Below, one piece after another: positions 1 to 8,293 of a DNA stretch of 64,000 bases. The notes beneath the pieces are model-generated. The model did not search any database. It saw only the letters and a list, made by a program, of their open reading frames with translations, and was not told the DNA's origin. The position numbers and the translations under genes are program-made. Within the stretch, counting starts at the first letter, position 1. Each line of letters opens with the position of its first letter. This stretch comes from a bacterium. Its GTDB lineage: Bacteria; Omnitrophota; Gorgyraeia; Aquiviventales; Aquiviventaceae. The stretch is from NCBI GenBank assembly GCA_036396895.1, contig DASWKB010000008.1, positions 1,796 through 65,795 of the forward strand, in the 5' to 3' direction.

Positions 1-1042
1 GGAGTTTCGCGATGGCCTGCTCGCAGCGCCGGCGCATCTCCTTCATCTGCGTGGGGTTGTTCAGCGCGTCGACGTCCACCTTTTTGAGGTTCAATTCCTG
101 CACCAGCCGCTCGTGGACGCGCCGTTTGAGGTTGACGATCTCGTCTTCGCGCTGGCCGGATTCTTCCCCGATGTCGAGCGATTCCTCGCCGAGGAGCTGA
201 GTGGTCAGCTCGTCAACCGGGGTCCCCGCCGCGCCCCGGGTGACCTCCAGATGGGCCAGGAACAGCGCCGGACCGTTCACCAGCGTATCCGCGAGCTTCT
301 TGAATCCTTCCGAGATCTTCGACAACCCGTAGAGGGACACGACCGGCGTCCCCTGGTTCACCGCAAACCCCATCGCCCGCCCGTCGGAGGGGAGTTCGGC
401 GATGATTTCGCACGGCATGGCCATGCGCGCGTCCTGCGATCCGACGCCGCCCCGGCTCTGCGCCCGGTTCAGCACCCCCTTCATCAGCTGGGGAGGAAAC
501 AGAAAGCTCTCCAGCAGGTCCATCGCGCGCTTCGTCTGATAGAGCGACACGACGTCGGGCGTCGTGACGAACAAGATGAGATTCGACGCGTCGCAGGCGC
601 TGATCAGATGGTCGCTGAGCACTTTCGTGTCCACGACGACGTAGGCGTATTGGGACTTGAGGAGGTTGAAGAACGGACGGAGCACGTCCCGGGTCAGCTT
701 CTGTGCCTGCCGGGGATCCTGGGTGGCCTGAACGACGGTCACGCCCGATTCGTGCTGGACGGCCACGCTGCCGATGGCGAAGCGGCCCTCGGTCTCGCTC
801 CCGGCCAGCTGCGTTGACACATCCGCCAGCGACTGCTTCAGGGTGAGCCCGAGCATCCGCGCGACGTCCCCGGTGCCCGTGACGTCGAGATCGACCAGGC
901 AGACCGGCGCGTGCGTGCGCTGGGCAAGCGAGACGGCCAGGTTCACCGCGACCACGGTCTTGCCGACGCCGCCTTTGGTATTGAAGACGACGATGCACCG
1001 GCCGTCGATCGTCTCGGACGGCGGTTCAATGGGGTCCACCAT
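1..1042 (-). CDS. ParA/MinD-family ATPase of the CpaE/TadZ type. The 3-prime end runs off the window. The last ~50 codons look like the N-terminal helical region of a CpaF/TadA ATPase.
   Basis: Own reverse-strand translation from the ATG at 1042-1040: MVDPIEPPSETIDGRCIVVFNTKGGVGKTVVAVNLAVSLAQRTHAPVCLVDLDVTGTGDVARMLGL... (KGGVGKT Walker A). The frame stays open to position 1, so it is absent from the ORF track. It ends ...EDEIVNLKRRVHERLVQELNLKKVDVDALNNPTQMKEMRRRCEQAIAKL. Confidence 0.75.
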   Translation of the reverse strand, partial: MVDPIEPPSETIDGRCIVVFNTKGGVGKTVVAVNLAVSLAQRTHAPVCLVDLDVTGTGDVARMLGLTLKQSLADVSTQLAGSETEGRFAIGSVAVQHESGVTVVQATQDPRQAQKLTRDVLRPFFNLLKSQYAYVVVDTKVLSDHLISACDASNLILFVTTPDVVSLYQTKRAMDLLESFLFPPQLMKGVLNRAQSRGGVGSQDARMAMPCEIIAELPSDGRAMGFAVNQGTPVVSLYGLSKISEGFKKLADTLVNGPALFLAHLEVTRGAAGTPVDELTTQLLGEESLDIGEESGQREDEIVNLKRRVHERLVQELNLKKVDVDALNNPTQMKEMRRRCEQAIAKL

Positions 1043-1148
1043 AGCACTCCGCTATGTTTTATTGAGAGCCGTTATGCCGCTTTCACAACCTTTGGCGCAT
1101 ACAAGTATGCCCGATGAGCCCGCTGAAAGCAACGTGCGCCAGCATTTC

Positions 1149-1480
1149 GGGGCGGGGGGCGGGGGGGCGTGGTGAGGGGCGGAAACATGTACCGCGTACG
1201 ATGGCGTTCATTGGTCTGAAGCTGGAAGCCAGACGCTGGAAGCTGGAACGTCCAATCCAGAGTTTCGTCTATACCGTCTTTTCCGTCAATCCGTCTATTC
1301 CGTCGGGACACCTCGGCTTGTTGACGGACAGACGGAAATGACAGGACTGACGGAATGGACGAGCCGGCGTTCCAGCCTCTAGCTTCCTGCTTCGAGCTTC
1401 AGACCTGTTCGGCGGGATGTCCCTTGTTGCCTATCGATTGTGGCTGCGTGGACGGTGGACGGTGGTCTGTGGACCGTGGA
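1149..1480. repeat. Composite intergenic mosaic element, copy 1. Order: G-tract, GCTGGAA-word hairpin enclosing a CCGTC-word hairpin, then a GTGGAC heptamer array.
   Basis: G-tract at 1149-1182. Outer arms 1213-1250 and 1368-1405 are about 80% complementary. Inner arms are 1267-1304 and 1323-1360. The array gtggacg gtggacg gtggtct gtggacc gtggact lies at 1448-1480. Homologous to 6877-7150. Confidence 0.85.
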
Positions 1481-1487
1481 CTCGAAA

Positions 1488-3164
1488 TTACGGGCGGAAG
1501 ACGACGGGGACTTCGAGCCAGAGCTCCTGCTCGGGGAGCTCTTCGGGAAACGCCGGATACGGCGCCTGCATCTCCGCGGCCTTGATGCTCTCGATATCCA
1601 GCGCGTCGACGCCGGAGGATTCCGAGAGCATGACCTCCTGGAGGGTGCCGTCGGAGAGGAGGTGGAGCCGGATGCGGACGGTCCCTCCGAGCTTGAGCCC
1701 CTTCTCGCGCTCGGGGTAGTGGATGGACTTGGCCACCCGCTCCTGGATGTTCAGCGCGTACCGCAACCGGGGATTCTGACTGGTCGGGGTGACGCCGGTG
1801 ATCGCGCGCGCCCGTTCCAGCGCCTGCCGGTAGGCCGCTTCCTTGCCCTTGTCCAGCACGAGCTCAGGCGTGACGGCGATGATGAGCTCCCGGTCCTGCG
1901 TCTGGGTCTCGGGCGAACGGAACAGCCGGCCGAGGATCGGCATGCCGCCCAATCCGGGCACCTGGTTCACGCTCTTTTGGTCCGTCAGTTCGAGCAGCCC
2001 CGCGATGACGATCGTTTCCCCCGGAAGCGTGGTCACCTCGGTATTGGCCTCCCGGACCCTGAATCCGGGCACGAGAATCGTCTGCGTCCCGACCGGGACG
2101 CTCAAGCCCACGGACGTGTCCACCGAGGACACCTCCGCCTGCACGGTCGTGGTAATGCGCCAGTCGGTCTTCGGCCGGTGGACGAGCGGCGTCATCTTGA
2201 GCAGGACGCCCGTTTCGCGGAATTCGATGCTCGCGCTCACCGAGGCGGTGTTGGAGCTGACGGAGGTCGCCGAGAGAATCGGCACCTCCACGCCGATGAA
2301 GCTGGACGCCTCTTTCCCGCTCGCCGTCACGAGGCGCGGCTCCGAGAGCACCCGGGCTTTGTTGCTCTGGACGAGGGCGTTGATCGTCGCCGAGGCGCCG
2401 GAGCGGAACAGCGTGCCGATCCGGAACGGTTCGCCCGCCCGCTTGATGAGCGATTCGCCCAGCGTGTCCACCAGCGATTCGGTGGGGATGGGTTCGCCCG
2501 CCCGGGACGCAAACGGCATCTCCGTAAATCCGATCGAATCGGTCCAGTCGACGCCCAGGCGTTTCAAGTCCGTCCGGTTCAGCTCGATCACCTGCACGGA
2601 CAGCTCGACCATGGGCACCGCCTCTTCGGACACCATCGGCGGGCTGAACGTCGCCAGGTTGATCACCAGCGGAAACGCCGCGCTGAGCTGCTCCAGCATC
2701 TCCATGTCGGTCTCGCGCGAGACGCTGCCGATCACGAAGATCTTGTCGCCCCGCAGCTCGGCGGTCACGCCGCTGAGCCCCGAACGGCTCAGGAGGTCGG
2801 CGATCTCATCCCGGATGACCCACGGCCTGGGGTCGACGACTGTGATGTTGAGCTCGTGCTGCCCGATCTTGTCCCAGATGAGCAGATTCGTCACGCCCGG
2901 GGATCTCGCCTGGATCATGATCTGCTCCTGCGAGACGATCGTGACGTCCGCCACGGCGGGATTGCCGATCGCCACGCGCTGGACCTGCCTCGCCGGCACC
3001 GTCCGGACCTGTCCGGGGGACATGAGGATGGAATTGGCGAGGGTCGCGGCGTCCGGCGCCGGCGGCTTGGGCGCCTCGGCGGCGACCACCGCCGCGGGCG
3101 TCCACGCCAGCAGCAGGGCCGCCACGCAAGCGGCGAATCGGCGCAGCACGGCGCGTCGGCTCAT
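1488..3164 (-). CDS. cpaC: Flp/Tad-type secretin (CpaC/RcpA-like) with a C-terminal TonB-C-like domain
   Basis: 558-aa ORF with a signal peptide (MSRRAVLRRFAACVAALLLAWTPAAVVAAEA). Secretin core motifs are present (VPGLGGMPILGRLFRS...RELIIAVTPELV). The C-terminus YPEREKGLKLGGTVRIRLHLLSDGTLQEVMLSESSGVDALDIESIKAAE..PYPAFP matches the TonB_C pattern. ATGA overlap with cpaB at 3161-3164. Confidence 0.85.
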   Translation of the reverse strand: MSRRAVLRRFAACVAALLLAWTPAAVVAAEAPKPPAPDAATLANSILMSPGQVRTVPARQVQRVAIGNPAVADVTIVSQEQIMIQARSPGVTNLLIWDKIGQHELNITVVDPRPWVIRDEIADLLSRSGLSGVTAELRGDKIFVIGSVSRETDMEMLEQLSAAFPLVINLATFSPPMVSEEAVPMVELSVQVIELNRTDLKRLGVDWTDSIGFTEMPFASRAGEPIPTESLVDTLGESLIKRAGEPFRIGTLFRSGASATINALVQSNKARVLSEPRLVTASGKEASSFIGVEVPILSATSVSSNTASVSASIEFRETGVLLKMTPLVHRPKTDWRITTTVQAEVSSVDTSVGLSVPVGTQTILVPGFRVREANTEVTTLPGETIVIAGLLELTDQKSVNQVPGLGGMPILGRLFRSPETQTQDRELIIAVTPELVLDKGKEAAYRQALERARAITGVTPTSQNPRLRYALNIQERVAKSIHYPEREKGLKLGGTVRIRLHLLSDGTLQEVMLSESSGVDALDIESIKAAEMQAPYPAFPEELPEQELWLEVPVVFRP

Positions 3165-4069
3165 TCTTGGACGGACACCACGTCCCGTTCGAGACCTTTG
3201 AAGACTTCGACCGCGTGCGGCGACGCGGCCTGCGGCACGGCCGTGACGTCTTCGCCATACACGGCCTTCATCAGCGAGCTCTTGTCCGCCGGAATCACGG
3301 CCACCCGGCGGCCCTCATCATCCTCGGCGCGGAGGCTCATCTGGACTAGCCCCTGCGTGCGCGCGTACAACAGGAGCGCCGTTTCCTGCGGTGTCAGGGC
3401 CAGCGTCACCGTAAACTTGCTCCGCGGCGCCGCGGGCGCGGCCGCGCCGGCGGCCTGCGCGGCGTCCGGCGCCGCCTGGCCCAGCATCTGGGTATCGACC
3501 GCCAGGACCTCGACGTCCTGGAACAATGACATCGTCACCGGCTCGTTCCCGCGCCCTGCGGCGGCGGCGCCCCGGATATCGAACGTCCAGAGCAGGTCCA
3601 CGCGGTCGCCGGGACGAACGAACCCGCCGACGCCGGTGATCGGATCGGCCTCGATCGTGACGGCGCGTTTGCCGCTCGGAGTCACATCGGACAGTTTTGA
3701 CGCCACGGTCTTCGGCCCCTTCGCGACTTGCTCGGGAGGAACGACCTTATTGCGCTGGACCTGCTCCCCCCGCGCCAGCGGCGCCAGGGTCGCCATGCCG
3801 AGCAGCTGCTCCGGGCGGCTGGTCGCCGTCGGCTGGACGAGCTTTTCGGGCACGGCGAGCAGGGCGAGGTCCTCCGGCGCGAGCACGTGCTGCTCGGGGA
3901 GATTGCGGCTGGCAACGATCACATCCACTGGTTTGCCGTACTGGGCGGCGCGCTCTTCGTACTGCTTCTGCAGGGCGGCGCGCTGCTGTTCGAGCCAGAC
4001 TTTGGCCATGCCGGCCGCGACCAGCGCGAACCCCAGCGCAACCACAATCGGCAGCAGCCGCTTGATCAC
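3161..4069 (-). CDS. cpaB: Flp pilus assembly protein CpaB/RcpC (SAF-domain protein)
   Basis: 302 aa with an N-terminal TM helix (MIKRLLPIVVALGFALVAAGMA). The SAF-like segment reads VDVIVASRNLPEQHVLAPEDL...LARGEQV. GTG start overlaps the upstream stop (GTGA at 4066-4069). Confidence 0.8.
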   Translation of the reverse strand: MIKRLLPIVVALGFALVAAGMAKVWLEQQRAALQKQYEERAAQYGKPVDVIVASRNLPEQHVLAPEDLALLAVPEKLVQPTATSRPEQLLGMATLAPLARGEQVQRNKVVPPEQVAKGPKTVASKLSDVTPSGKRAVTIEADPITGVGGFVRPGDRVDLLWTFDIRGAAAAGRGNEPVTMSLFQDVEVLAVDTQMLGQAAPDAAQAAGAAAPAAPRSKFTVTLALTPQETALLLYARTQGLVQMSLRAEDDEGRRVAVIPADKSSLMKAVYGEDVTAVPQAASPHAVEVFKGLERDVVSVQE

Positions 4070-5064
4070 CTGGCGAGATCCTCCAACCGGTCAGGATAGC
4101 GTTCGACGGCCGCTTGTTCCGATAACCCGCGGATCGCCTCCTGCAGCCGCCGCACCAACAGTTCATTCTGGATCGCGTCCCACACCTGCGAGAGAGGGAT
4201 CTGCTCGCCCTCCTGGCGTTCCACCAGCTGGAAGATGTGGTAGCGGTTGTCGGCGCCCTTCACGTACGAGCTGTACCCGCCGACCTGGTCGATCGCGAAC
4301 ACGGCGGCCTCAAGCGACGGATCCAGCGTGAGGATGCCCGCCGCTTCGGCTTCGGCGGCCGTCTGGGCGATGAGGGGCCGTTCCGCGGCCCGCACCACCC
4401 ATCCCGGCAGGAGCCCGCCGTTGTCGGCGTCCGGACCCAGCGAGCTTTGCTGCGCCAGGGATTCCATCTTGACCGTGTCGCTCAAGAGCTGCGCCAGCGC
4501 CTGGCGGGCCTCGTCCTGCGTCGCGAGCATCACTTGCCGGACCCGCATCCGTTCGGGCGAGCGGAATCCCGCCTTGAACTGCTCATAATACGCCTCGACC
4601 TCGCTCGGTTCAACGCTGAGCCGCTCCTGCTGCCACCTGAGCCACTCCTGCGAGAGGAACCCGCGCCGCACGAACGACCACCGGCGCTGCGCCTCGAGCG
4701 TCTGATCCAGGCCGCGCCCCGCGGCGTCTTGGCTCAGGAGTTCCGCGTTGATGAGCTCCTCCAGCACCGCCTGCAGATCCTCCGGCCGCAACGGCGTCCA
4801 GGGCTGGCCCATGCCCTCGATGATGGCCCGCAGCTCCTGCACGCGCAGCTCGACGTCCTGCTTCGAGAGCGTCACGCCGTTGACGCGCGCCACGACGTCC
4901 TCCGGCGCCACCGGCACCATCGGCGCGCGCGTCGACGGCGCGGCGGATCCCGCCACGGGGCTGCGCTCAGTGTCCCCGCCGCCGAGCAGCGAGCTGATCT
5001 GGTCGCAGCCGCCGAGCGCGACCGCGAGCGCCGCCGCGGCCGCCGCCTGCCACGACCGCCTCAT
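4066..5064 (-). CDS. Lipoprotein with a SurA-N-like and parvulin (PpiC) type peptidyl-prolyl isomerase architecture
   Basis: I use the internal start MRRSWQAAAAAALAVALGGC (lipobox LGGC) at 5064, which overlaps the cpaF stop (ATGA at 5061-5064). The body reads ...RVRQVMLATQDEARQALAQL...GGLLPGWV..., parvulin-like. The 420-aa track ORF carries an Arg-rich upstream extension that I reject. Confidence 0.65.
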   Translation of the reverse strand: MRRSWQAAAAAALAVALGGCDQISSLLGGGDTERSPVAGSAAPSTRAPMVPVAPEDVVARVNGVTLSKQDVELRVQELRAIIEGMGQPWTPLRPEDLQAVLEELINAELLSQDAAGRGLDQTLEAQRRWSFVRRGFLSQEWLRWQQERLSVEPSEVEAYYEQFKAGFRSPERMRVRQVMLATQDEARQALAQLLSDTVKMESLAQQSSLGPDADNGGLLPGWVVRAAERPLIAQTAAEAEAAGILTLDPSLEAAVFAIDQVGGYSSYVKGADNRYHIFQLVERQEGEQIPLSQVWDAIQNELLVRRLQEAIRGLSEQAAVERYPDRLEDLAR

Positions 5065-6353
5065 CCGGTCACCCAACCCGGCGGCTGCACGTTGTGCAGC
5101 CGGAACTTGGACAGGACCCGCGGGCGCGCGCCCGTATAGCGGTGCGTTCCGTGCATCTCTCCGTCGGCCGAATAGTCTCCTGTCTCGAACACGAAAAGTT
5201 CTTCCAATTCGAATCCCTCCTGCGAGACGCCGTGCACCTGCGTGATGGTCTCCACGCGGCGGCTGCCGTCGACAAACCGCCCCACGTGAACCACGAGGTC
5301 CACGGCGCTGGCGATCTGCATCCGGCACGCCGCCGGCGGCAAGTCCAGTCCGCTCATGAGCATCATGGTCTCCAGGCGCTCGAGCGCCGCGCGGGCGCTG
5401 TTGGCGTGGAGCACCGTGATGAAGCCGTCATGTCCCGTGTGCATCGCCTGGACGACGTCCAGCGCTTCCCCGCCCCGGGCCTCCCCGAGGATGATCCGGT
5501 CGGGTCGCATCCGGAGCGCGTTTTTCACGAGCGCGCGCAGCGGCACGTTGCCCCGGCTGTCGGCGTTGCCTTCCCGGGCCACCATGCGGATCCAGTGCTC
5601 CCGCCCTGGCAGCTCCAGCTCCGGCACGTTCTCGATGGTGATGATCCGGTTGTCCTTCGGCATGAACGTCGAGAGGATGGTCACCAGGGTGGTCTTGCCG
5701 GTGGAGGTCCCGCCGGAAATGATGATGTTCACGCGCGCCCGGACGCACGATTGGAGGAACTCCGCCGCCTGCGCGCTGAGCACGCCGAGCTGGACGAACT
5801 CCTCCATCGTCCAGTCGCGGACCTTCTTGCGGATGGTCACGACCGGACCGTTGAGCACGATGGGGGGGATGGCCACGTTGATGCGGGAGCCGTCGGGCAG
5901 CGTCGCGTCGCACAAGGGATCCGCCTCGTTCACGCCGCGCCCGATCGGGGCCAGCATCCGCTCGATCACGTGCAGGAGGTGCTGGGTGTCCCGGAACGAC
6001 GCGTCGATCCGCTCCATCCGCCCATCCCGCTCGACGTAGATGTCCTTGGGGCCGTTGACCATAATTTCGCTCAGGGTGGGATCGGCGAGGAGCGGATCGA
6101 GGGGGCCCAGGCCGACCACCTCGTCCATGACTTCGCGGATGAGCTGGTCTGTCGCATCGCCGGCGAGATCGATGCGCTGGCGGAGATCGTCGGGCAGGCC
6201 TTGCAGCTCGCGCCGGAGGACCTCCTCCGCGGCCTGGCGCTGCGCCCCGGGCCGCCCCGGATCGAGCTCCTCGTTCGCCTCGACGAAGTCGGCCAGGCGC
6301 ATCTTCAGCCTGGTCTTCACGCGGTCGTACGGATTCTCGATGTCTCGATTCAT
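5061..6353 (-). CDS. cpaF: CpaF/TadA-type (VirB11-like) pilus assembly ATPase
   Basis: Start at MNRDIENPYDRVKTRLKMRL (ATG at 6353). Walker A GGTSTGKTT, Asp/His boxes (IILGEARGGEALDVVQAMHTGHDG) and VNGPKDIYVERDG are present. Confidence 0.9.
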   Translation of the reverse strand: MNRDIENPYDRVKTRLKMRLADFVEANEELDPGRPGAQRQAAEEVLRRELQGLPDDLRQRIDLAGDATDQLIREVMDEVVGLGPLDPLLADPTLSEIMVNGPKDIYVERDGRMERIDASFRDTQHLLHVIERMLAPIGRGVNEADPLCDATLPDGSRINVAIPPIVLNGPVVTIRKKVRDWTMEEFVQLGVLSAQAAEFLQSCVRARVNIIISGGTSTGKTTLVTILSTFMPKDNRIITIENVPELELPGREHWIRMVAREGNADSRGNVPLRALVKNALRMRPDRIILGEARGGEALDVVQAMHTGHDGFITVLHANSARAALERLETMMLMSGLDLPPAACRMQIASAVDLVVHVGRFVDGSRRVETITQVHGVSQEGFELEELFVFETGDYSADGEMHGTHRYTGARPRVLSKFRLHNVQPPGWVTG

Positions 6354-6455
6354 AGGCGCGGAGAGCTCAGGCGCGCGGTCGCGACCGGCTCGCATACCAG
6401 TATAGCATGGACGCGCGCGGCACCCAGCGCGTTTCCTCGTTCCAGATAATGAAAC

Positions 6456-6485
6456 GAGCAAAGGCACCATGCGGTGCCTTTGCTC
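6456..6485 (-). terminator. Perfect 13-bp stem / 4-nt loop hairpin downstream of tRNA-Glu; candidate intrinsic terminator
   Basis: gagcaaaggcacc-atgc-ggtgcctttgctc. On the minus strand it is followed by GTTTCATTATCT, which is only moderately T-rich. Confidence 0.4.
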
Positions 6486-6622
6486 CTGGTCCAACGGCAT
6501 GGGAACGAGGACGGGATACGTGTGCACTGCGCGCTCTCCGATCGGCCTGGGGTACGCTCACCCGTCTCCCCTTATATGCGCTCCGGAACTTCGCGTCGCA
6601 TGGTTTCAGCGCCGAGCAACCC

Positions 6623-6697
6623 TAGCCCCAACCGGATTTGAACCGGTGTCTTCAGGCTGAGAACCTGACGTCCTAGGCCGGGCTAGACGATGGGGCC
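6623..6697 (-). tRNA. tRNA-Glu (anticodon CTC); no encoded CCA
   Basis: Reverse complement: GGCCCCATCGTCTAGCCCGGCCTAGGACGTCAGGTTCTCAGCCTGAAGACACCGGTTCAAATCCGGTTGGGGCTA. Acceptor GGCCCCA pairs with TGGGGCT. Anticodon stem TCAGG/CCTGA with loop TTCTCAG. T-arm ACCGG-TTCAAAT-CCGGT. Confidence 0.85.
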
Positions 6698-6786
6698 CAA
6701 TCCGGTGCCTTGCGCGCTGCTGACCCGCCCGTGCTGACTGGCGCATCCGTCGCCGGCTCGCCCCGTCCGTGCCATTGCGCAGACAT

Positions 6787-6815
6787 TTTGTAGCATATGC
6801 GTCTTGTAAGGTCAA
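6787..6815 (-). promoter_or_regulatory. Candidate sigma70-type promoter upstream of tRNA-Glu
   Basis: Minus strand reads TTGACC - 17 nt - TACAAA, about 90 nt upstream of the tRNA 5-prime end. Confidence 0.3.
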
Positions 6816-6836
6816 GCGCTTTCGGGGGTTATCGTG

Positions 6837-7150
6837 ACGACCAACAACAAGCAACCAGAGACCAGCAACCAGAGACGGGGGGAGAGGGGCGAGAGGCGGG
6901 GGGCGGGGGACATAATCGTGTACCGTCGTACTACGGCGTTCACTGGTCTGAAGCTGGAAGCAAGACGCTGGAAACTGGAATGATCAGGGGGACCTCCCCG
7001 CTTGTTCCATCCTCTAGCTTCCAGCTTCGAGCTTCAGACTTGTTTGGCAGGATGTCCCTTGTTGCTTGTCGCTTGTTGCTTGTCGCTTGTTGCTTGTCGC
7101 TTGTCGCTTGTTGCTGCGTGGACGGTGGACTGTGGACTATGGACTGCGGA
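6837..7150. repeat. Composite intergenic mosaic element, copy 2. CAACCAG-word and CTTGTYG-word outer arms enclose a G-tract and a GCTGGAA-word hairpin, followed by a GTGGAC array.
   Basis: 6837-6876 (acgaccaacaacaagcaaccagagaccagcaaccagagac) is complementary in word content to the 7-nt array at 7054-7115 (cttgttg cttgtcg ...). G-tract at 6877-6909. Hairpin arms at 6945-6982 and 7007-7040. It lies immediately 3-prime of pilT. Confidence 0.85.
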
Positions 7151-7156
7151 GTCCGG

Positions 7157-8293
7157 TTACTTGCTCGGAGGCTGGTCCTTGCCGATGAGCATGTGGAACT
7201 CGGCGGGGCTCTTGACCCGGCTCATCGCGGTCTCGTACGAGATGACCTTGCGCTCGAACAGCTGCTTGATGCTGGCGTCCATCGTGCACATGCCGTACTG
7301 GGCGCCGGTCTGCAGGGCGGTCATGATCTGCTCGGTCGCGTGATCGCGGACGATGTTGCGCACCGCGGACGTCCCGATCATGATTTCATAGGCTAGCACC
7401 CGGCCCGGCCGGTCGGACCGCGGCAGGAGCTGCTGCGACACGACGCCCTGGAGGCAGTCCGCGAGCTGGATCTGGATCTGCGACTGCTGGTTCGGCGGGA
7501 ACACGTCGATGACGCGGTCAACCGTCTGGGCGGCGTCGGGCGTGTGCAGCGTCGCCATCACGAGGTGTCCGGTCTCGGCGGCCGTGATGGCCGTGGCGAT
7601 GGTCTCCAGGTCCCGCATTTCCCCGATGGCGATGACGTCGGGGTCCTGCCGGAGCGCGCGCACGAGCGCGGTGGAGAACGATTTCGTGTCAGCGTACACC
7701 TCGCGCTGCTTGATGATGGAGCGGCGGTTCTGGTGGATGAACTCGATCGGATCTTCGATGATCACGATCACCCTCCGCCGCTCCTGGTTGATGAGGTTCA
7801 CCATCGCGGCCATGGTCGTCGACTTGCCGACGCCGGTCGGGCCCGTGATGAGCAAAAGCCCGTTCGGCTTGCGCGTGAGCTCGGCGATCACCGGCGGCAG
7901 CCCCAGCTCCGCGATGGTCGGGATCCGAGACGGGATCAGCCGAAACGCCGCTTCGACGCTGCCCCGCTGGAAATGGACGTTGACCCGGAACCGTCCCAGT
8001 TCGTGCACGTGCACCGAAATGTCGAGCTCCAGATCCCGCTCGAACTGCGCCTTCTGGCGGTCCGTCAGAAAGCTGTAGACCAGCCGCTTCGTGTCCTCGC
8101 GCGTCAGCGGCGCAAGCTCCGTGGGCGACAATTCGCCGTCGATCCGCAGCATGGGCGGGCTGCTCTCGGTCAGGTGGATATCCGAGGCGCGCCGGGCGAA
8201 CGCGAGCTGAAACAGCTCGCGCATGTGCCCGATGGCCATGCCCGGCACGATCGGCGTCTCCGGCGCCGGCGGGGGGGATTCAACCTCTGGCAT
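7157..8293 (-). CDS. pilT: Type IV pilus retraction ATPase PilT
   Basis: 378 aa with ASDIHL, Walker A GPTGVGKSTT, DPIEF, GEMRDLETI and ATLHT motifs. The start could instead be the internal Met at 8239. Confidence 0.9.
   Translation of the reverse strand: MPEVESPPPAPETPIVPGMAIGHMRELFQLAFARRASDIHLTESSPPMLRIDGELSPTELAPLTREDTKRLVYSFLTDRQKAQFERDLELDISVHVHELGRFRVNVHFQRGSVEAAFRLIPSRIPTIAELGLPPVIAELTRKPNGLLLITGPTGVGKSTTMAAMVNLINQERRRVIVIIEDPIEFIHQNRRSIIKQREVYADTKSFSTALVRALRQDPDVIAIGEMRDLETIATAITAAETGHLVMATLHTPDAAQTVDRVIDVFPPNQQSQIQIQLADCLQGVVSQQLLPRSDRPGRVLAYEIMIGTSAVRNIVRDHATEQIMTALQTGAQYGMCTMDASIKQLFERKVISYETAMSRVKSPAEFHMLIGKDQPPSK

Noticed and set aside
213-998. 261-aa minus-strand ORF and the 113-817 plus-strand ORF at the left edge.
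   Set aside because: The ParA/CpaE-like reading frame with KGGVGKT is a different minus-strand frame that stays open to the window edge. The listed ORFs are out-of-frame shadows.
1440-4331. 963-aa plus-strand ORF. Similar very long ORFs occur opposite real genes, for example 24775-26889 (+), 29370-31742 (+), 41981-44125 (+), 58331-60415 (+), 53522-55276 (+) and 8170-9108 (-).
   Set aside because: They lie antisense to, or out of frame with, genes that carry unmistakable family motifs. Their translations are Arg/Ala/Pro/Gly-rich low-complexity strings with no recognisable motifs. Stop codons are rare in all frames of GC-rich DNA.
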